From a virus: 64,000 nt of DNA. Within the stretch, counting starts at the first letter, position 1; each line of letters begins with the position of its first letter. The notes beneath the pieces were generated by a model. That model ran no database searches, was not told where the DNA came from, and worked only from the letters and a program-made list of their open reading frames with translations. The DNA lies in IMG/VR virus record IMGVR_UViG_3300005676_000004; one strand, 5' to 3'. A program made the position numbers and the translations under genes. Shown here piece after piece: positions 8,794 to 18,991 of this stretch.

Positions 8794-10209
8794 ATGTGCA
8801 TGGAAAATAAGAAGAGGAAGATATTATTGTTGTCTGATGATCTACGGTTGCACTCCGGTATTGCTACCGTGAGTCGTGACCTAGTTTTAGGTTCGGTTCA
8901 TAAGTATGATTGGGTTCAACTAGGCGCGGCAATTAATCACCCAGATAAAGGTAAAGTTTTTGATTTAAGTGAAGATACTGCTAAGTTGACAGGAGTTCCT
9001 GATGCAAACGTGAAGATATATGCGCATGATTCATATGGTAATCCTTTAGTATTGCGAAGTTTGTTAGATGCAGAACAGCCAGATGCTGTACTACACTTCA
9101 CCGACCCTCGTTTTTGGGACTGGTTGTATGCCATGGAGCATGAGCTTCGTGGCAAAATTCCTCTACTGTATTTGAATATTTGGGATGATTTACCCGATCC
9201 GTGGTGGAATCGACAAGCATACGCGTCATGTGACTTACTTATGGCAATATCAAAACAGACGTATGGTATCAATCAACGAGTACTTTCTAGATATGGTGAA
9301 CCTACCGACGGTCGTATAACGTATGTACCACACGGTATCAATTCCGAAATCTTTAAACCGCTATCACCCGACGATCCGGCGTATCCCGTATTTGAGACTG
9401 AAAACAATAAGTTTAGAAAAGACAACAAGGATCGTTTCATCGTCTTCTGGAACAATCGAAATTTACATAGGAAGCATCCAGGGGATGTTGTGCTTGCATA
9501 TACTGAGTTTTGTAACATGGTGAAGGCTAATGGCGGCGATCCGAGCACGGAATGCTTATTGTTTATGCACACAGCCCCTATAGACCCCAACGGTACGGAC
9601 ATTACTGCTGTCATAGATGAGTTATGTCCATACCAAGTGGCCTTTAGTACGGGAACTCTAAGTCCTCAGCAAATGAATATCCTTTATAATATTGCAGACG
9701 TTACTATCAACATAGCATCTAACGAGGGGTTTGGATTAACTACCGCCGAGTCCCTTATGGCTGGAACTCCAATCGTAGTTAATGTAACAGGCGGGTTACA
9801 AGATCAGTGTGGGTTTATAAACCCCGAAACGGGCAAATATTTTACGGAAGATGATTATGTTACAGTAGGTTCTCTGCATAGGAGAGAAGAGTGGAAGGAT
9901 GTCCTGAAAGAGAAGCATGGTGAGTGGGTTATACCAGTATGGCCATCTAATTTATCATTGCAAGGTTCTCCTCCAACTCCATATATCTTTGATGATCGGG
10001 CTTCATATCAAGAATCTGCTTCTGCACTATATGAGTGGTACAGTATGTCAAAGGAAGAACGAAAAGAGCGTGGGCTTCGTGGACGAGAGTTCATGGTTGG
10101 AGAATCAAATATGAGTAGAGATAACATGTGTAGACTTGCAATTGATAGCATTGAATCGTGTTTACAAACCTTCACGCCCCGTAGTCGTTGGGAAATGTTT
10201 CTAGTTTAA
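8794..10209 (+). CDS. Glycosyltransferase, GT-B fold (GT4-like)
   Basis: SGIATVSR and YVPHGI motifs, plus SNEGFGLTTAESLMAGTP (E-x7-E). Confidence 0.9.
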   Translation: MCMENKKRKILLLSDDLRLHSGIATVSRDLVLGSVHKYDWVQLGAAINHPDKGKVFDLSEDTAKLTGVPDANVKIYAHDSYGNPLVLRSLLDAEQPDAVLHFTDPRFWDWLYAMEHELRGKIPLLYLNIWDDLPDPWWNRQAYASCDLLMAISKQTYGINQRVLSRYGEPTDGRITYVPHGINSEIFKPLSPDDPAYPVFETENNKFRKDNKDRFIVFWNNRNLHRKHPGDVVLAYTEFCNMVKANGGDPSTECLLFMHTAPIDPNGTDITAVIDELCPYQVAFSTGTLSPQQMNILYNIADVTINIASNEGFGLTTAESLMAGTPIVVNVTGGLQDQCGFINPETGKYFTEDDYVTVGSLHRREEWKDVLKEKHGEWVIPVWPSNLSLQGSPPTPYIFDDRASYQESASALYEWYSMSKEERKERGLRGREFMVGESNMSRDNMCRLAIDSIESCLQTFTPRSRWEMFLV

Positions 10210-10213
10210 TAAT

Positions 10214-11551
10214 TTGGAAAATGATATGAGTATGACAATACATAAGCCACTTTTAGTATTCTGCGGACCAGTGCTTACACGCTCAGGCTACGGAGAACAT
10301 TCACGTGATCTATTACGATCGCTGAGAGAAATGAATAAATTTGACATTAAAATAATGTCAATAAATTGGGGAAACACACCAATGGATGCGTTGAAACCCG
10401 ACGAGAATGAATTTGATAAATGGATTCTAGATTCGATATTAACGTCGGCATTGCAATCACGTCCCGACATCTTTATGCATTGCTCAGTTCCTTCGGAGTT
10501 CAATCCGATTGGAAATTTCAACGTAGGTATAACTGCGGGTATAGAGACGGATTTATGCTCTCCGGCGTGGATAGAGGGTTGTAACAGAATGCAGTTGGTT
10601 TTAGTTCCTTCTGAACATGCAAAATCTGTCTTTATGAACAGTACATTTGCTAAATTCAACAGGAACACGCACCAGCCGGAGGGGGAGTTAGCAATAACTA
10701 CTCAAATTGAGGTTCTACCAGAAGGCGTACGCCTCGATGTATTTGATGCTAGTTTGGTTTCTGAAACTAACTTCACCACTGCATTGAACGATCGGTTGCT
10801 AACTGATTTTAATTTCTTGTTTGTCGGTCATTGGTTGCCAGGTGACTTCGGTCAAGATAGAAAAGATGTATCTGGGTTAGTAATGCAGTTTATAAAGGCG
10901 TTTTCGTCAGAAACACCTGCTTCGGATAAGCCAGGATTGATTTTGAAAACGTGTGCGGGTACATTCTCAGTTACCGATCGTGATCTAGTAATCTCAAAGA
11001 TAAACTCTATACGATCAATGGCAAATATTCCTAGAGAACAGCAACCTAACATCTATCTTCTCCACGGCGACCTTACAGAAAATCAAATGGCTGAGTTGTA
11101 TAACCACGCGAAGGTTAAAGCATTCGTTTCATTCACAAAAGGTGAGGGGTACGGACGTCCGATTGCAGAGTTCATTCCTTCAGGAAAGCCAGTACTGGTT
11201 TCAGGGTGGTCTGGACATGTTGACTTCGTAAATCCAGCATTTCATCAGTATTTGCCTGGTGAATTGACCACAATTCATCCTAGCTCAGTCTGGAAAGGCG
11301 TTATAGAGCCAGAATCAAAGTGGTTTACAGTCAATTACGAACAATCTATTGAGATTATGAAAGATTGTTATAAGAATTACAAGAAATTTTTGACTAATTC
11401 TAAGAAGTCTGTGTCACAATTCAAGTTAAAGTTCTCTTTTGAAGCTATGCACGACAAGTTTATGGCAATTTTAGACCAAAAGACACCGAAGATGCCAGAA
11501 AAAGTTACAATTCAACTGCCAAAGTTAGTCAAACGAGAGGAAGTTGTATGA
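10214..11551 (+). CDS. Glycosyltransferase, GT-B fold (GT4-like)
   Basis: TRSGYGEHSR, RKDV and KGEGYGRPIAE...GKPVLVSGWSGH. Confidence 0.9.
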   Translation: MENDMSMTIHKPLLVFCGPVLTRSGYGEHSRDLLRSLREMNKFDIKIMSINWGNTPMDALKPDENEFDKWILDSILTSALQSRPDIFMHCSVPSEFNPIGNFNVGITAGIETDLCSPAWIEGCNRMQLVLVPSEHAKSVFMNSTFAKFNRNTHQPEGELAITTQIEVLPEGVRLDVFDASLVSETNFTTALNDRLLTDFNFLFVGHWLPGDFGQDRKDVSGLVMQFIKAFSSETPASDKPGLILKTCAGTFSVTDRDLVISKINSIRSMANIPREQQPNIYLLHGDLTENQMAELYNHAKVKAFVSFTKGEGYGRPIAEFIPSGKPVLVSGWSGHVDFVNPAFHQYLPGELTTIHPSSVWKGVIEPESKWFTVNYEQSIEIMKDCYKNYKKFLTNSKKSVSQFKLKFSFEAMHDKFMAILDQKTPKMPEKVTIQLPKLVKREEVV

Positions 11552-12243
11552 AACTAGTGTATACAATAGCCGCATGTGACGAACATGAGGAGTTAACGCA
11601 ACTTTTGACGCAATTGACGAGTAAGACTCCGTTTGAGGATTATGCTATAGTCGTTGTTATTGATACTACCAAGATTAATGCACAGATGATGGCTACAGTT
11701 GCATACTTTTCAGTAAATCCGAAGATAGAGTTCGTAGATAACGCATTTAATGGAAATTTTTCAGATTTAAAAAATCTCATGAACAGTATGGCTACCAACT
11801 ACAACTGTAGATGGATTTTCAATATTGATGCTGATGAGACTCCAACTGATGAGTTTTTGCGCGATATAGAGCTTATCCTTAGTGCAGCAGATGATAGTGA
11901 CGTGGATGCAATATCAATACCTCGTGCAAATTATGTCCATGGTATAACGGACTATCACATCAATCGTTGGGGTTGGATCGTTGACACGCATGGAAGAATT
12001 AACTGGCCAGATTATCAAGTCAGATTGTATAGAAATTTACCACGATTAGTTTGGTCTGGCACCGTTCATGAGACACTTAGTGGGATAACACGACTATGGC
12101 CTCTGCCCGATAAAGAGATTCGTACTGACACCGGAGAGGCAACGACTCATCCACCTTTGTATTTCTTAAAGCATCCGAAGACAATTGAGCGGCAAGAACG
12201 GCAAAACAGTTTATATGCAGCAATGATTCACGGTACAGCGTAA
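11548..12243 (+). CDS. Glycosyltransferase family 2
   Basis: NFSDLKN, WIFNIDADE (DxD), WPDYQVRLY and VHE. Confidence 0.88.
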   Translation: MKLVYTIAACDEHEELTQLLTQLTSKTPFEDYAIVVVIDTTKINAQMMATVAYFSVNPKIEFVDNAFNGNFSDLKNLMNSMATNYNCRWIFNIDADETPTDEFLRDIELILSAADDSDVDAISIPRANYVHGITDYHINRWGWIVDTHGRINWPDYQVRLYRNLPRLVWSGTVHETLSGITRLWPLPDKEIRTDTGEATTHPPLYFLKHPKTIERQERQNSLYAAMIHGTA

Positions 12244-13217
12244 TGAAGACAGCATTTGTCTCCGAGATTCCTTACTTTGGAAAGTTCACACGTGAACATC
12301 CGAACATGCGAGTAGAATTTGCATGGATGGTTCAACACGATGCTACGCATTTTCCAATAGGCAACTATCAACAAGTTGAAGGATTTGATGAGGTATACGT
12401 CATAATTCCGAAGGGTGAACTAACCCTTAATGCAGTTGGAGCTGATTTACTTGCAGTTTATCCACCAACTGATACCAATCCCGTGAAGAAGTTTCTGGGT
12501 GAAAATATAATCCAAGTACTCAAAGGGAAGAATGTAAAGGTTTTTATAATCCAAGAAGGCCCGACTACACTTTTCAACGACTGGAGTGTTGAGACGCAAA
12601 TGCTATGGTACAGTAACGTCATGCAAAGCGACGGTATCTGTTGCCATAATACAAGTGATGTACCTTTTTATGAAGGGCTTTTCAAGGGATTAATCCCAGT
12701 GACTGTTAAGAAGACAGTAATGATTGATACTCTCCTTAAGAAACTTCAACCCGTTGACACCACTGATACCGTTATCATAGGTGGAAATTTCTCCCGATGG
12801 TACGGCGGATTTCAGAGTTGGATAGTTGCATCTGAACTGGTTGATGATTTGAATACGGCAGCATTTGTTCAGACTTCTCACTCTACACGGTTTTCTGAAA
12901 ATTTATACTTGAATGTGTTACCACGAATGTCGTGGATTGACTGGATGGATAGACTACGCCAGTTTAAGTATGCCGTACACCTTATGCCGACAGTTGCTGC
13001 TGGAACGTTTAATTTGAACTGCGCATACTGGGGTATACCATGTATAGGTAATAAGAAAGTTGACACCCAGAGGGAGTGCTTCCCTCTCCTATCCGTTGAT
13101 CCAGAAGATGTTCTATCGGCAAGTATATTAGCGCAACGTCTCAGGAACGAGAAAGAATTTTATACTCAAGTATCCGAACATGCCAAGCGCATTGCTCGTG
13201 AAAAATTTTTAATGTAA
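12243..13217 (+). CDS. Putative glycosyltransferase (GT-B-like)
   Basis: C-terminal AAGTFNLNCAYWGIPCIG resembles a GT-B nucleotide-binding motif; lies inside the GT cluster. Confidence 0.65.
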   Translation: MKTAFVSEIPYFGKFTREHPNMRVEFAWMVQHDATHFPIGNYQQVEGFDEVYVIIPKGELTLNAVGADLLAVYPPTDTNPVKKFLGENIIQVLKGKNVKVFIIQEGPTTLFNDWSVETQMLWYSNVMQSDGICCHNTSDVPFYEGLFKGLIPVTVKKTVMIDTLLKKLQPVDTTDTVIIGGNFSRWYGGFQSWIVASELVDDLNTAAFVQTSHSTRFSENLYLNVLPRMSWIDWMDRLRQFKYAVHLMPTVAAGTFNLNCAYWGIPCIGNKKVDTQRECFPLLSVDPEDVLSASILAQRLRNEKEFYTQVSEHAKRIAREKFLM

Positions 13218-13220
13218 ACT

Positions 13221-14885
13221 ATGAAGAATAAGTTTCGTATTATAACTCCATCGTATAATAATGCGTTGTGGCTAGAGTACAACGTTGCATCTGTACTCAA
13301 TCAGACCTATGCAAATTGGGAATGGATATACATTGACGACTGCTCAACTGATGGTACGTATGATCTAGTTAAGAGCCTTGTTGATGACCCTAGGGTTACT
13401 ATTATCCGTAACGAGACTAATCTAGGCGCAATGTGGAACTACTTTGAGATAGGTCTCAGAGACATTGAGGATGATACTATAGTTGTTCATTTAGATGGTG
13501 ATGACTGGCTATTTGACATTCATGTCCTAGAACGACTCAATGATTACTACAACCAACACGATGTATGGATGACATATGGAAAGATGTACGTGTGGCGTGG
13601 GGCGGATTCCACCGTTGAAGAATCCACACCTCAGAATAGTCCTGCGCCCGAAATTGTAATGCAACGTCGTTCGTTTAGAGAAGACATTTGGCGGTACTCT
13701 CATCTACGCACATATAGAGCATTTCTATTGAAAGCTATTAATAAAGATGATATGATTGATCCAGTTACGAATGAGTTCTATTGGGAAGCAAGTGATCTAT
13801 CGTTTCAGTATCCATGTCTAGAGATGTCGGCTCCCGATAAGATAGGGTGTGTTGACTTTCCAACTTACGTATACAATGCGAATCCGCTTCAAACATCTAG
13901 GACATCAACTCGACAGCATTCATCTAGACATTGGGAGATTGAACAGTCTATCCGAGGCAAGAAGAGATACAGTAAGGGTATTGGCCTCGGTAAATTACCG
14001 CAAGTTAATATTCATGGCTATCAATACGATAGCGACACGATACCAACAAAATTTAGTATTGTCTACAACGCTACTACTAACACTGAATATGATGTAACGG
14101 TGTTCACTGATTTTGATATACCAAAGTATATTAATAATCCTTCTCTAGTTGGTGGACTGGTGATTGCAGACTTACATGAGACGCGAGAGTTTTCGGAAGA
14201 CCTTAATCGAATTTATGATCTAGTGTATGACAACTACTCTCTGTTTGATTGCATTATAACACACGACGAAAAGTTGTTAACGTTGCCGAATGCTAAACTA
14301 CGATTTATAGCATGGCGAACGCACCTGTATCGGTACGACGTAAATAAGCCAGTTATTCGTGACCCAATGGAAGGGCTGTATTGTTACCCAAAGTCACGGC
14401 AAGTATCTTGTGTGTCTTCAAATAAGGCATTTCTCCCCGGACATCATAAACGTCTAGAGTTCGTACATTGGATGCGCCATAATGCTCCGCACGTTGATAT
14501 GTATGGTCGCGGGTTCAACGCGGTAGAGCAGAAGCTCGATGCTTTGCGTGATTATCGTTTCTCGGTTGTTATAGAGAATGCAGTTAGACCTAACTGGATA
14601 ACTGAGAAGGTGACGGACTGTTTTATTACGGGCACGATACCGATCTATTATGGTGCTCCGAATATAGGGGATTACTTTGATTCAAACGGAATATTACAGT
14701 TTGCAACTGTTGAAGAACTCCAGCAAATTTTGCAGATGATTGAAACATCTGGAGAAGAGTTATATAGAGACAAAATTGAATCGGTTATGGAAAATTTTAA
14801 GCACGGGTTACATTATACGCTAACACTTGACAAGTGGTTTGATGTATACATTCGGCCTATTATATGTGGAGGTAAGCGTGGGTAA
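13221..14885 (+). CDS. Bifunctional glycosyltransferase: N-terminal GT2 + C-terminal GT10 (alpha-1,3-fucosyltransferase)-like domain
   Basis: IITPSYN, YIDDCSTDGT and HLDGDDW; C-terminal YRFSVVIENAVRPNWITEKVTDCFITGTIPIYYG. Confidence 0.85.
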   Translation: MKNKFRIITPSYNNALWLEYNVASVLNQTYANWEWIYIDDCSTDGTYDLVKSLVDDPRVTIIRNETNLGAMWNYFEIGLRDIEDDTIVVHLDGDDWLFDIHVLERLNDYYNQHDVWMTYGKMYVWRGADSTVEESTPQNSPAPEIVMQRRSFREDIWRYSHLRTYRAFLLKAINKDDMIDPVTNEFYWEASDLSFQYPCLEMSAPDKIGCVDFPTYVYNANPLQTSRTSTRQHSSRHWEIEQSIRGKKRYSKGIGLGKLPQVNIHGYQYDSDTIPTKFSIVYNATTNTEYDVTVFTDFDIPKYINNPSLVGGLVIADLHETREFSEDLNRIYDLVYDNYSLFDCIITHDEKLLTLPNAKLRFIAWRTHLYRYDVNKPVIRDPMEGLYCYPKSRQVSCVSSNKAFLPGHHKRLEFVHWMRHNAPHVDMYGRGFNAVEQKLDALRDYRFSVVIENAVRPNWITEKVTDCFITGTIPIYYGAPNIGDYFDSNGILQFATVEELQQILQMIETSGEELYRDKIESVMENFKHGLHYTLTLDKWFDVYIRPIICGGKRG

Positions 14886-15852
14886 GAGGGCACTGATCAC
14901 TGGTATAAACGGTCAAGATGGATCATATCTATCGGAGTTTTTACTTGAAAAAGGTTATGAAGTTCACGGTATACTGAAGCGAAATTCTGTATCCGAGAAT
15001 CAGACAGCTAGGCTGAACGATAATGTATTTGCAGATGTTCGCCTTCATTATGGTGACATGCTTGATATACCATCAATCATCGCGGCTATTAAGAAGAGTA
15101 AGCCAGATGAAATATACAATCTAGCGGCGCAATCACACGTTAGGATTTCATTTGATCAGCCGATCTATACAGCCATGGCTACTGGTTTAGGTGCGTTGAA
15201 TCTACTTGAATCTCTGATTTCAACTGATTACGCTGACTCTAAGGTGTATCAAGCAAGCTCATCGGAGATGTTTGGTAACTCTATTGATGCAGACATGTAT
15301 CAGCGAGAAACTACTCCAATGTATCCAGTGTCTCCGTATGGTTGCTCTAAGTTATTTGCCTATAACATCTCTCGCAACTACAGAAATTCTTACGGCATGT
15401 TCATATCAAATGGGATACTATTCAATCATGAGTCACCACGCCGTGGAACTAACTTCGTTACAAATAAGGTTGTGAAGGAAGCGGTTAAAATTTCTAAAGG
15501 ACTTTCGGATAAAGTTGTGTTAGGTAATTTACATGCACAGCGCGATTGGGGACACGCTAAAGACTACGTTAGGGCAATGTGGGAAATCTTACAGTTAGAC
15601 CAACCGGATGACTTCGTATGTGCAACTGGAATAACGCACACGGTTCAATATCTGTGTGAATATACGTTCTCATCATTGGGATTGGACTGGCGGGAATTTG
15701 TCAAAACTGACGCTGTATATCAACGACCAGAAGAACTTCATGCGCTTCGCGGTGATGCTACCAAACTGAAGATTAAGACTGGATGGTCGCCCGAATACAC
15801 GTTTGAAACAATGTTAGATGAAATGATTGATTATTGGAAAGGTGTATTATGA
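14878..15852 (+). CDS. gmd: GDP-mannose 4,6-dehydratase
   Basis: GTG start. ALITGINGQDGSYL, YNLAAQSHV, YQASSSEMFG, SPYGCSK and RDWGHAKDYV. Confidence 0.97.
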   Translation: MGKRALITGINGQDGSYLSEFLLEKGYEVHGILKRNSVSENQTARLNDNVFADVRLHYGDMLDIPSIIAAIKKSKPDEIYNLAAQSHVRISFDQPIYTAMATGLGALNLLESLISTDYADSKVYQASSSEMFGNSIDADMYQRETTPMYPVSPYGCSKLFAYNISRNYRNSYGMFISNGILFNHESPRRGTNFVTNKVVKEAVKISKGLSDKVVLGNLHAQRDWGHAKDYVRAMWEILQLDQPDDFVCATGITHTVQYLCEYTFSSLGLDWREFVKTDAVYQRPEELHALRGDATKLKIKTGWSPEYTFETMLDEMIDYWKGVL

Positions 15853-16763
15853 GAGTATTAGTAACAGGCGGCAGTGGTCTCGTCGGTAAACATCTAGCCG
15901 AGCATGAGCCAACTTGGAACTACTTATCTTCGTTTGACGGAGACCTCCGAGATCGAAATACTGTGTGGGACATCTTTGAATTTTACCAACCGGATGCAGT
16001 TATACATCTAGCGGCGAAAGTTGGTGGTATCCAATCAAATAGCAGCCAACCGATGGACTACTTCACCGATAATGTTCTCATAAACACGAACGTAGTTCAA
16101 ACTGCCTTAGACTTTGGAGTTAGAAAGTTTGTAGGACTCATCTCATCATGCGCATACACCGACGTATCCCCGTCGTATCCTCTTCAGGAGAATCAGTTAT
16201 TTGAGGGTGAGCCGCACATGTTAAACTATGGATATGGTATGGCAAAACGTATGTTAGCTGCGCAGATAAAGATTGCTCGGCAACATCTAGGTAAAAATTT
16301 TTCATATCTCATTCCGTCAAATTTGTACGGGTTGTATGAGACTGGCGATATTAGTGTCAAGCATTTCGTCGGTGCTCTCATGGATAAGATCATACGTGCC
16401 GAGGAAGGCGACGGCATCGTAACATTATTTGGTGACGGAACACCGTTACGCCAGTTTACGTATGCGGAGGATGTTGCTAACATATTGCGGCGTGTAATTG
16501 AACAAGATGTCTCTGAGAATTTAAACGTTTCTATTGATGAAAACTTAACAATAGATCAGATAGCTAGGATAGCTGTATCCGTGAGTGATAATCCAAACCT
16601 AACTATTCAATACGATTCCAGTAAACCCAACGGGCAGTATCGCAAGGACATTGATACTACATTACTTAAGAAAGTATTTGGAGATTTCAAATTTACTCCG
16701 TATATTGAAGGTCTTAGAAAGACTTACAGATTTTACAAAAACAAATCACGTGATGAAAATTAA
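15849..16763 (+). CDS. fcl: GDP-L-fucose synthase (epimerase/reductase)
   Basis: VLVTGGSGLVG, HLAAKVGGI, SSCAY, YGYGMAKR, PSNLYG and GDGTPLRQF. Confidence 0.93.
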   Translation: MRVLVTGGSGLVGKHLAEHEPTWNYLSSFDGDLRDRNTVWDIFEFYQPDAVIHLAAKVGGIQSNSSQPMDYFTDNVLINTNVVQTALDFGVRKFVGLISSCAYTDVSPSYPLQENQLFEGEPHMLNYGYGMAKRMLAAQIKIARQHLGKNFSYLIPSNLYGLYETGDISVKHFVGALMDKIIRAEEGDGIVTLFGDGTPLRQFTYAEDVANILRRVIEQDVSENLNVSIDENLTIDQIARIAVSVSDNPNLTIQYDSSKPNGQYRKDIDTTLLKKVFGDFKFTPYIEGLRKTYRFYKNKSRDEN

Positions 16764-16780
16764 CATAGAGGAATCGCTGC

Positions 16781-18130
16781 ATGGATAATAAGGGTGAAAT
16801 TCTTAATCTAGTTGAACAGTACATTAACACAAAGAACTCCCAGAAGTCATGGACTCCTGGGGAAGATTGGGTTCAATATTCAGGACCATATTTCAATGCA
16901 GAAGAGTATGTCGCTGCGGTTGATACGTTATTAAACGGGTGGTTTATTCTAGGTGAGAAGGGTAGAGAATTTGAAAATAAATTTTCTAAAATGTTAGGTA
17001 AGCAAGATGGTGTCTTTGTTAACTCGGGAAGTTCAGCTAACTTACTGATGGTGTCTATGCTACGCACACGACGTGGTGGCAACTTACCAGTGGGTAGTAA
17101 ATTTATTACCCCAGTAGTGTGCTTTCCGACCACGATAAATCCACTCATTCAGAATGGATTTAAGCCTGTCTTCGTTGATGTTGAACTCCCAAACCTAAAT
17201 CTTAACTTAGATCATGTTGAGAAACTTTTGGAGGAAGATACTGAGAAGGAGATTAAAGGTATCATATTTGCACATGTGCTCGGTAACCCCCCTGACATGG
17301 ACAGACTGATGTCTATTGTTGAGAAGTATAATTTGATCTATCTTGAAGACACGTGCGATGCTTTAGGTTCAAAGTGGGATGGTAAGCCGCTAGGTTCGTT
17401 CGGTAAACTTTCAACATGTTCATTCTTTCCTGCGCACCACATGACGACGGGGGAAGGTGGGTTCGTAGCTTGTAACTTACCTATGCACCGAATGGCGTTA
17501 GCGTCTCTTCGAGATTGGGGACGTGGGTGCTATTGCAATACAAAGAAGCCTGGTAACGTTATTGACGGAACTGCATGTGGTATGCGTCTGAACTCTTGGT
17601 TTAAAGATTATCCAGAGATTCAATACGACCATCGATATGTCTTTGAGGAAATTGGCTATAATCTCAAGCCAACCGAGATGCAAGCTGCGATGGGATTGGT
17701 TCAGATCACTAAACTTGATGAGATGCACGAGAGACGAAAACATAATTTTGCTAGAATGTATTCTATATTCGAACAATACTCTGAGTTCTTCCATCTGCCA
17801 TATTCTCTTGAGAAGGCAGACACGAGTTGGTTTGGATTTCTGCTGACACTTAAAGACGGTTGCCCATTTGATAAGAGTGAAATTGTTGACCATCTAGAGA
17901 GTGCAAAAATTCAAACTAGGTCGTACTTCACTGGCAATGCGTTGTTTCATCCAGCATATTCAACCATGTTCAAAGAACAGTATCCAGACCCAAAGAATCA
18001 GTTTCCAGTAGCCACTAAGACTACAAAGGATACATTCTTCACTGGTGTGTATCCTGGCATTACGGACGACCAGCTTGATTACATAAAAGTTGTAGTTGAC
18101 AACTTTATGTCAAAGTATACAGCGAAGTGA
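16781..18130 (+). CDS. rfbH: NDP-4-keto-6-deoxyglucose 3-dehydratase (RfbH/DdhC/E1, PMP- and 2Fe-2S-dependent)
   Basis: NSGSSANLL; SFFPAHHMTTGEGG with His in place of the PLP Lys; RDWGRGCYC...AC and YDHRY Fe-S ligand pattern. Confidence 0.9.
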   Translation: MDNKGEILNLVEQYINTKNSQKSWTPGEDWVQYSGPYFNAEEYVAAVDTLLNGWFILGEKGREFENKFSKMLGKQDGVFVNSGSSANLLMVSMLRTRRGGNLPVGSKFITPVVCFPTTINPLIQNGFKPVFVDVELPNLNLNLDHVEKLLEEDTEKEIKGIIFAHVLGNPPDMDRLMSIVEKYNLIYLEDTCDALGSKWDGKPLGSFGKLSTCSFFPAHHMTTGEGGFVACNLPMHRMALASLRDWGRGCYCNTKKPGNVIDGTACGMRLNSWFKDYPEIQYDHRYVFEEIGYNLKPTEMQAAMGLVQITKLDEMHERRKHNFARMYSIFEQYSEFFHLPYSLEKADTSWFGFLLTLKDGCPFDKSEIVDHLESAKIQTRSYFTGNALFHPAYSTMFKEQYPDPKNQFPVATKTTKDTFFTGVYPGITDDQLDYIKVVVDNFMSKYTAK

Positions 18131-18139
18131 TAGATTACT

Positions 18140-18991
18140 ATGCAATACGTTTCCTTCCAATCTCTAGGAGAGATAGGTAACATGTGTTCTCAGATGCAAC
18201 AGTTTGCATCATTATGTGCTGTTGCATCTGAGACTGGTCATGAGATACGTTTACCAGAATCGTCAAAAAGTCGTGGGTTCGGAATACGAATGTTTGATCT
18301 TCTTGACGTAGAACCTCAATATGAGCCGGATGAGTTCTTTCAGGGCTTTAAGCGTTTCAGACTTAACGAGAAGACACGCGTTGACGATAGAGTCTTTGGG
18401 TTAGATAGTAGCTATTCGTATTTCGTTGACGGGAGATTTGATCTCTTTACGTATTGGTACCCTAAACATGCTCAGCATGTTCTTGGATGGAATATACGCC
18501 CACAATTTGTAGAGAAGGCAAACGAGTTCATTCGGCGAGTTAAAGACTCGTATGAAACTAACGTAAGAGTGGTTGCAATGCATATACGTTTGGGTGACTA
18601 CCTTTTACCAGAGCATCACCATTTCGTTAGATTATGGCAGACTGATTACTACACCAAGGCGATGCAAGTAATAACGGAAAAGCATGAACATGTTAAATTC
18701 CTGATATTCAGCAACGACATTAAATGGTGTCGAGAGAATTTACTCCCCGACTCTTCAGATGAAGACTTTGTAGATACTAAAGATGACTGCTTAGATTTTG
18801 CAATAATGGCTAGCTGTGACGACATTATCATAGCGAATAGTTCGTTTAGCCTATGGGCTGCATTTATGAATAAGAATCCTGATAAGACTATAGTATGTCC
18901 GACGCAGTACTTGTATGAGTATAGTGAGTTTTCCCATATCAATGGTAACTACTATCCTAACGATTGGACGTCAATTAATATGGAGTTATGA
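18140..18991 (+). CDS. Glycosyltransferase family 11 (alpha-1,2-fucosyltransferase-like)
   Basis: GNMCSQ, HIRLGDY, FSNDIKWC and IIANSSFSLWAA. Confidence 0.9.
   Translation: MQYVSFQSLGEIGNMCSQMQQFASLCAVASETGHEIRLPESSKSRGFGIRMFDLLDVEPQYEPDEFFQGFKRFRLNEKTRVDDRVFGLDSSYSYFVDGRFDLFTYWYPKHAQHVLGWNIRPQFVEKANEFIRRVKDSYETNVRVVAMHIRLGDYLLPEHHHFVRLWQTDYYTKAMQVITEKHEHVKFLIFSNDIKWCRENLLPDSSDEDFVDTKDDCLDFAIMASCDDIIIANSSFSLWAAFMNKNPDKTIVCPTQYLYEYSEFSHINGNYYPNDWTSINMEL

Noticed and set aside
16781-18130. ColD for GDP-colitose synthesis with gmd/fcl
   Set aside because: The Cys-x-Cys...Cys and His pattern for a 2Fe-2S cluster marks the E1/RfbH type; ColD lacks it.
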